Source: Acidobacteriota bacterium
GTDB taxonomy: Bacteria; Acidobacteriota; UBA890; WLXD01
Assembly (NCBI GenBank): GCA_965205505.1
Contig: CBDBHB010000009.1
Location: 1,216,001-1,280,000 of the forward strand
DNA length: 64,000 nt
Direction of reading: 5' to 3'
Part shown: piece after piece, positions 59,935 through 64,000 of the stretch
How the letters are laid out: every line of letters begins with the position of its first letter
Position numbering within the stretch: the stretch's first letter is position 1
Position numbers and translations under genes: made by a program
The notes under the pieces: model-generated
The model's database searches: none
Told to the model about the DNA's origin: nothing
The model's input: only the letters and a program-made list of their open reading frames with translations

Positions 59935-61260
59935 CTAGGAAGTCGCCTGTAGCGAGCCGGCGATGGGCTCGGTAGTTGCCGACAGTCGTTCCGTCCCTGT
60001 ATGTAGAACCGTTGCCTGCTCTCCTGTCATCAGTTCGTGGATGCGCGCCGCCACCCTGTCGGCGGCCGCGATCAGCACGCTATCAAGGTGGTGGATGTAG
60101 CGGCTCGTTACCGAACTGGCCGCATGGCCCACAAGGGCGGCGATGGTGTGCTCGGTGAAGCCCAGATCGCCCGCCATGCTGGCGTAGGAGTGACGCAGAG
60201 TGTGGAAGGTAACACCCTCTAGTGCAGCGCCTTGGACGATCTTGCGCCAAAGGGGACGCATCCCATCTACCGTGACCGGTCCCTTGCCGCGAGCAGCTGG
60301 AAACAGATAGGCAACCGGTTCATCCGGCTCTACAGTGCCTAGCACATCCAACGCCGCCCGCCCGATCGGACGAACCGACGCACCCGTCTTGGAGTCTTCC
60401 AGACGCCAGCACCGCCCCTCGAAGTCCACCTCGGACCATTTCAGGTTCGTGACTTCGCCAACACGGCATCCGGTCAGCGCCAGTAACCGCATGACCATGA
60501 GGGCTCGACCGTTGCTGCCTTCATCCTCGGCACCCTGCAAGGCCGCGCCGAGAGCCCTGTACTCCTCGGCGTTCAAGCGCCGCGTGCGACGATTGTACGC
60601 GGGAGTTTTGACCCCATGCACCGGGTTGAACGGGATCACCCCTTCGGACACCGCAAAGGACAGGATGCTGCCCAGCAGGCCGACGCAACGAGTGGCGGCG
60701 CCCATACCCCCCGTGACCACGGCCTTGCCGCGCGCTTTGGCCGTTTTCTCCACCACCGCCGTCTTGCCCGCGGCCACGTCGCGAATGAAGCGGTTCACGT
60801 CCGCTTGCCTCAACTCGTGAACCCGCTTGGTTCCCAAGAGCGGCTTGATATGGCGTTGGATCCGGCCCTGATCGTTGTACAGCGTCGATGCCTTCTTGGG
60901 CCTGCCCCGCTTGCCAACGATCAGGCCTCCTTCGGCGGCCTGCATGTATTTGTCGCACAACTCACCGACGGTGAGGGTGTTACGGCGTGTGGCACGCTCG
61001 GCGGCCGGATCGCCGCCCTTGAGTGCCCCGGCGAACGCCACTACGGCGAGCTTGCGGGCTTCATCGGCCGTGAGCTTGCCGTGTGGCCCGAGCGCCATGC
61101 GTCTGCGCACACCGTCACGGTTGCGGTAGTCGGCATAGTAGGTGCGCTTACCTGACGGGAACACGCGCAGGCCGAAACCCGACAGCTCCCCGCACCAGAT
61201 GAAGTAGGGGCGTTGTCTGGGGACGGCCGCATCGACGATTTTCTTGGTCAGTCTAGCCAT
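59935..61260 (-). CDS. Tyrosine recombinase/integrase with an N-terminal arm-binding domain
   Basis: GFGLRVFPSG, LTGCRVGE, KTG, HTLRH, LVGH, VTSRY; all catalytic residues present. Confidence 0.95.
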   Translation of the reverse strand: MARLTKKIVDAAVPRQRPYFIWCGELSGFGLRVFPSGKRTYYADYRNRDGVRRRMALGPHGKLTADEARKLAVVAFAGALKGGDPAAERATRRNTLTVGELCDKYMQAAEGGLIVGKRGRPKKASTLYNDQGRIQRHIKPLLGTKRVHELRQADVNRFIRDVAAGKTAVVEKTAKARGKAVVTGGMGAATRCVGLLGSILSFAVSEGVIPFNPVHGVKTPAYNRRTRRLNAEEYRALGAALQGAEDEGSNGRALMVMRLLALTGCRVGEVTNLKWSEVDFEGRCWRLEDSKTGASVRPIGRAALDVLGTVEPDEPVAYLFPAARGKGPVTVDGMRPLWRKIVQGAALEGVTFHTLRHSYASMAGDLGFTEHTIAALVGHAASSVTSRYIHHLDSVLIAAADRVAARIHELMTGEQATVLHTGTERLSATTEPIAGSLQATS

Positions 61261-61444
61261 CCTGATCCTCGTGTTGAAGTCACCAGATAGTCACCAAAAA
61301 AGTGGAAAGGTGGCGACTGTCGGTGAGTTGATCGAAAGATCAGGATAGGTCATATATTCAATACCTACAATTGTTTAGAAGAATAAAGCTACTTTTTGAA
61401 GACTTCCGATATTGCCGGAAAATACCCCATCGTCACCGCATCGC

Positions 61445-61721
61445 GGTGACGCTCGGGTTGCCGGATAGCCAGCGGCCCATCCGCTCTGGCACTGGGCTCG
61501 TCTGGACATACCTCACGTTCGGTGCTCACGCCGAGGGCAAGGGCTTCAGTAGCGTTACCGGCCGAGTGGAGATTGCCTTCGTGTCGCGGGGTACCGCGCG
61601 CAACAACTACACGATCTCCGGCGCGCAGGGCACCGGGATCTACCCTGCGTACGTGCTCCGTGCGCTCGAATTCAGCCGCCGTGCCGCGGTCGGTGAGGCA
61701 GCCAACCGCCCCGTCTCCTAG
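61445..61721 (+). pseudogene. GWxTD-domain protein, displaced 3' part
   Basis: (RI)AVTLGLPD...VWTY continues the 38681 frame exactly. Confidence 0.88.
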
Positions 61722-61795
61722 GGTTGAGCTTGGCGCGCCGATAGGGAACCGTGGCGGTAGTCGCTGACGCTGCTACGCCAGACTGGAGGTTCCCG

Positions 61796-63076
61796 ATGCG
61801 CCGTTCCCGAGCCGGTATCTTTCTCATCTTGTTGGCGATGGCCGCCCCCTTGGCGGCCCCTGCAGCATTTGCGGCGCAGGACAAGCCGCGAGCGCGCGAC
61901 CTGGGGGTGCCTTTCGAAGGACGCCCCGGACCACTCAACGCCATCACGGATGTCGCCGGCGTCGAGGTGGGCTACACGACATTGATCTCTGGCGAGGGCC
62001 CTTTGGTGGTCGGCAAGGGACCGGTCAGAACCGGCGTGACGGCCGTATGGCCGCGCGGCAAGGACGATGCGGCGCCGGTGCTCGCCGGTTGGTTCGCGCT
62101 CAACGGTGACGGTGAGCTCACCGGCACGACTTGGGTCGAGGACTCGGGGATCATGGAAGGTCCGTTCATGATCACCAACACCCTCAGTGTTGGCATCGTG
62201 CACCACGCTGTTGTTCACTGGGGGGTGCGCAAGAGCCTCGACTACCGCGGCGATGGCTATCCTCCTTGGCTGGCCTCGTTGCCCGTAGTCGGGGAAACCT
62301 GGGACGGCACGCTGAACGACATTCTCGGCCAGCATGTAACCGAGGAGCACGCGTTGGCGGCGCTGGCCTCGGCCACCGGCGGCAAGGTCGTGGAAGGGAA
62401 CGTCGGCGGCGGTACGGGAATGATCTGCCACGGGTTCAAGGGCGGCACCGGCACCTCGTCGCGTCGAGTCAGCGCCGCCGGTGCGGAGTACATCGTCGGC
62501 GTGCTGGTGCAGTGCAACTACGGCTCGCGCCGGCTGCTGCGCGTTGCCGGGGTGCCGGTCGGGCTCGAGATTCCCGATCTCATGCCTGGTGTAGACGGCG
62601 GGGCGCCCGTCGCCGACACCAGTGCCTGGCCTCCCGGGCTCGCCCGTGAGGGACGCCACGGCCCGTCGCGCGATGCCGCCGCGGCGCCCGACGAGTTGGG
62701 GTCGATCATCGTGCTCGTCGCCACCGACGCACCGCTGCTTTCCCATCAACTAAAGCGCGTAGCGCGACGCGTCTCGCTCGGACTCGCCCGCAACGGTAGT
62801 GTCTCCGGCAACGGATCCGGTGACATCTTCATGGCCATCAGCACCGCAAATCGTGATGCCGCCAACACGCGCTCCGGTACCGCGAGCCTCGAGATGCTGG
62901 CGAACGAGGAGACCGGCCGATTCTTTGCCGCCACGGTACAAGCGACCGAAGAGGCGGTGATCAACGCTATGGTGGCGGCCGAGACCATGACGGGCGCCGA
63001 CAACGTCACCGTCCACGCACTGCCCCACGAGCGTCTGCGTCAAATCCTGCGCCGTTATAACCGGTTGCAGGAGTAG
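61796..63076 (+). CDS. DmpA/P1 (S58) family aminopeptidase
   Basis: NAITDVAGVEVG, GNVGGGTGM, GSII autocleavage site, SGD. Confidence 0.93.
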   Translation: MRRSRAGIFLILLAMAAPLAAPAAFAAQDKPRARDLGVPFEGRPGPLNAITDVAGVEVGYTTLISGEGPLVVGKGPVRTGVTAVWPRGKDDAAPVLAGWFALNGDGELTGTTWVEDSGIMEGPFMITNTLSVGIVHHAVVHWGVRKSLDYRGDGYPPWLASLPVVGETWDGTLNDILGQHVTEEHALAALASATGGKVVEGNVGGGTGMICHGFKGGTGTSSRRVSAAGAEYIVGVLVQCNYGSRRLLRVAGVPVGLEIPDLMPGVDGGAPVADTSAWPPGLAREGRHGPSRDAAAAPDELGSIIVLVATDAPLLSHQLKRVARRVSLGLARNGSVSGNGSGDIFMAISTANRDAANTRSGTASLEMLANEETGRFFAATVQATEEAVINAMVAAETMTGADNVTVHALPHERLRQILRRYNRLQE

Positions 63077-63172
63077 GCGCGTTTCGTGCGGCTACATCCC
63101 CGAGCCATCGGTGGCCGATGCTGCTGGCCAGAGCTTGAGCCGATGACGTGTGGGGTGCCACGATGGGCGATC

Positions 63173-64000
63173 ATGCGAACCTGGTTCCCGAAGACGGTCG
63201 CGTTGCGGCTGGCGCTTGCTGGCGTGATCGCCATTGCGCCCACCGTGCAGGCTCCTGCGCAGCAGTCTGCGGAGACGCCCGACCAGACCGTACAACCGGG
63301 CGAGGTCGCCGATAACATTCAGAGTGAACACAACCCGGAGCAATCGTTCGCCGTTTATCTGCCGAGCGCCTACACACCCGAGCGGTCGTGGCCGGCGCTG
63401 TTCCTGATGGATCCACGCGGGCGCGCCCGCGTACCGTTGGAGCTGTTTCGTCCTGCGGCAGAGCGGCTGGGCTACGTGCTCGTAAGCTCGTACAATACCT
63501 CATCGGACGTATCGGAGGACGTCAATTCTCCGGCGCTCGAAGCGATGCTCACCGATAGCACGCGCCTGTATGCGCTCGACAACCGGCGGTTCTATCTAGG
63601 TGGTTTCTCCGGCACCGCCAGGTCGGCATGGGAGTTCGCAGAGCAGCTCGAGTCGTTCGTCGCCGGGATCGTCGGATTCGGTGGAGGCTTGCCCGGCACG
63701 TTCGTGCTTCCCGACGAGGCTCCGTACGGCTACTACGGTGCTGCTGGGACCACGGATTTCAACTATGACGAGATGCGTGCGCTGGATCGCCGCCTCGATA
63801 GCGGTGGTATTGCCCATCGGTTCGAGTACTTCGTCGGCGGCCACTCCTGGGGTCCGGAAGAGGTGTGCTCGCGGGCGCTCGAGTGGATGGAGCTACGAGC
63901 GATGAAGACCGGGCTCCGCACGCCCGATAGACCGTTGGCGGCAGATCTCTATACAAGACGCGTGCTCGAGGCGCAGGCGTGGGAAAGCCGCGCGCGGGCG
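63173..64000 (+). CDS. Exported alpha/beta-hydrolase (runs off the window)
   Basis: Read manually: signal peptide, YLPSAY, MDPRG, YLGGFSG nucleophile elbow, GGHSW. Confidence 0.75.
   Translation, partial: MRTWFPKTVALRLALAGVIAIAPTVQAPAQQSAETPDQTVQPGEVADNIQSEHNPEQSFAVYLPSAYTPERSWPALFLMDPRGRARVPLELFRPAAERLGYVLVSSYNTSSDVSEDVNSPALEAMLTDSTRLYALDNRRFYLGGFSGTARSAWEFAEQLESFVAGIVGFGGGLPGTFVLPDEAPYGYYGAAGTTDFNYDEMRALDRRLDSGGIAHRFEYFVGGHSWGPEEVCSRALEWMELRAMKTGLRTPDRPLAADLYTRRVLEAQAWESRARA

Larger units (their letters stand above)
39049..61444. mobile_element. 22.4-kb tyrosine-integrase genomic island (degenerate satellite/defence mosaic)
   Basis: Core ccgcatcgc at 39049-39057 and 61436-61444; gtcaccagatagtcac near both ends; integrase next to the right end; AT-rich borders. 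Confidence 0.92.

Noticed and set aside
39049-61444. Complete prophage or conjugative ICE
   Set aside because: No capsid, portal, tail, lysis or type IV secretion genes recognised.

Overview
High-GC bacterial chromosome segment. Gene content and style suggest Acidobacteriota, possibly a marine host-associated MAG; this is inference only. Bases 1-39 kb are mostly housekeeping and accessory genes: an ECF sigma/anti-sigma cluster, radC, tatD, gatCA, S41/M23/M20 peptidases, an ABC exporter, iscU, a Ser/Thr kinase, an IS-disrupted pfk and glnS with a Yqey tail. This part also holds a degenerate ~3.4-kb island between two copies of the radC 3' end. It is studded with ~280-bp CTAG-targeting non-coding elements that share one two-armed fold, with compensatory base changes, under different terminal inverted repeats. 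Bases 39049-61444 are a 22.4-kb tyrosine-integrase island inserted inside the signature motif of a GWxTD-domain gene; precise excision would restore an intact 217-aa ORF. The island carries two divergent satellite-type primase modules with palindromic origins, terminase relics and IS3/IS21 debris. It also carries an M43 protease, many defence-gene fragments and an intact tcmP-DUF5131 pair still coupled to the last codons of a type III Mod-like gene. No rRNA, tRNA or CRISPR array was recognised. Family assignments come from motif recognition, not database searches.
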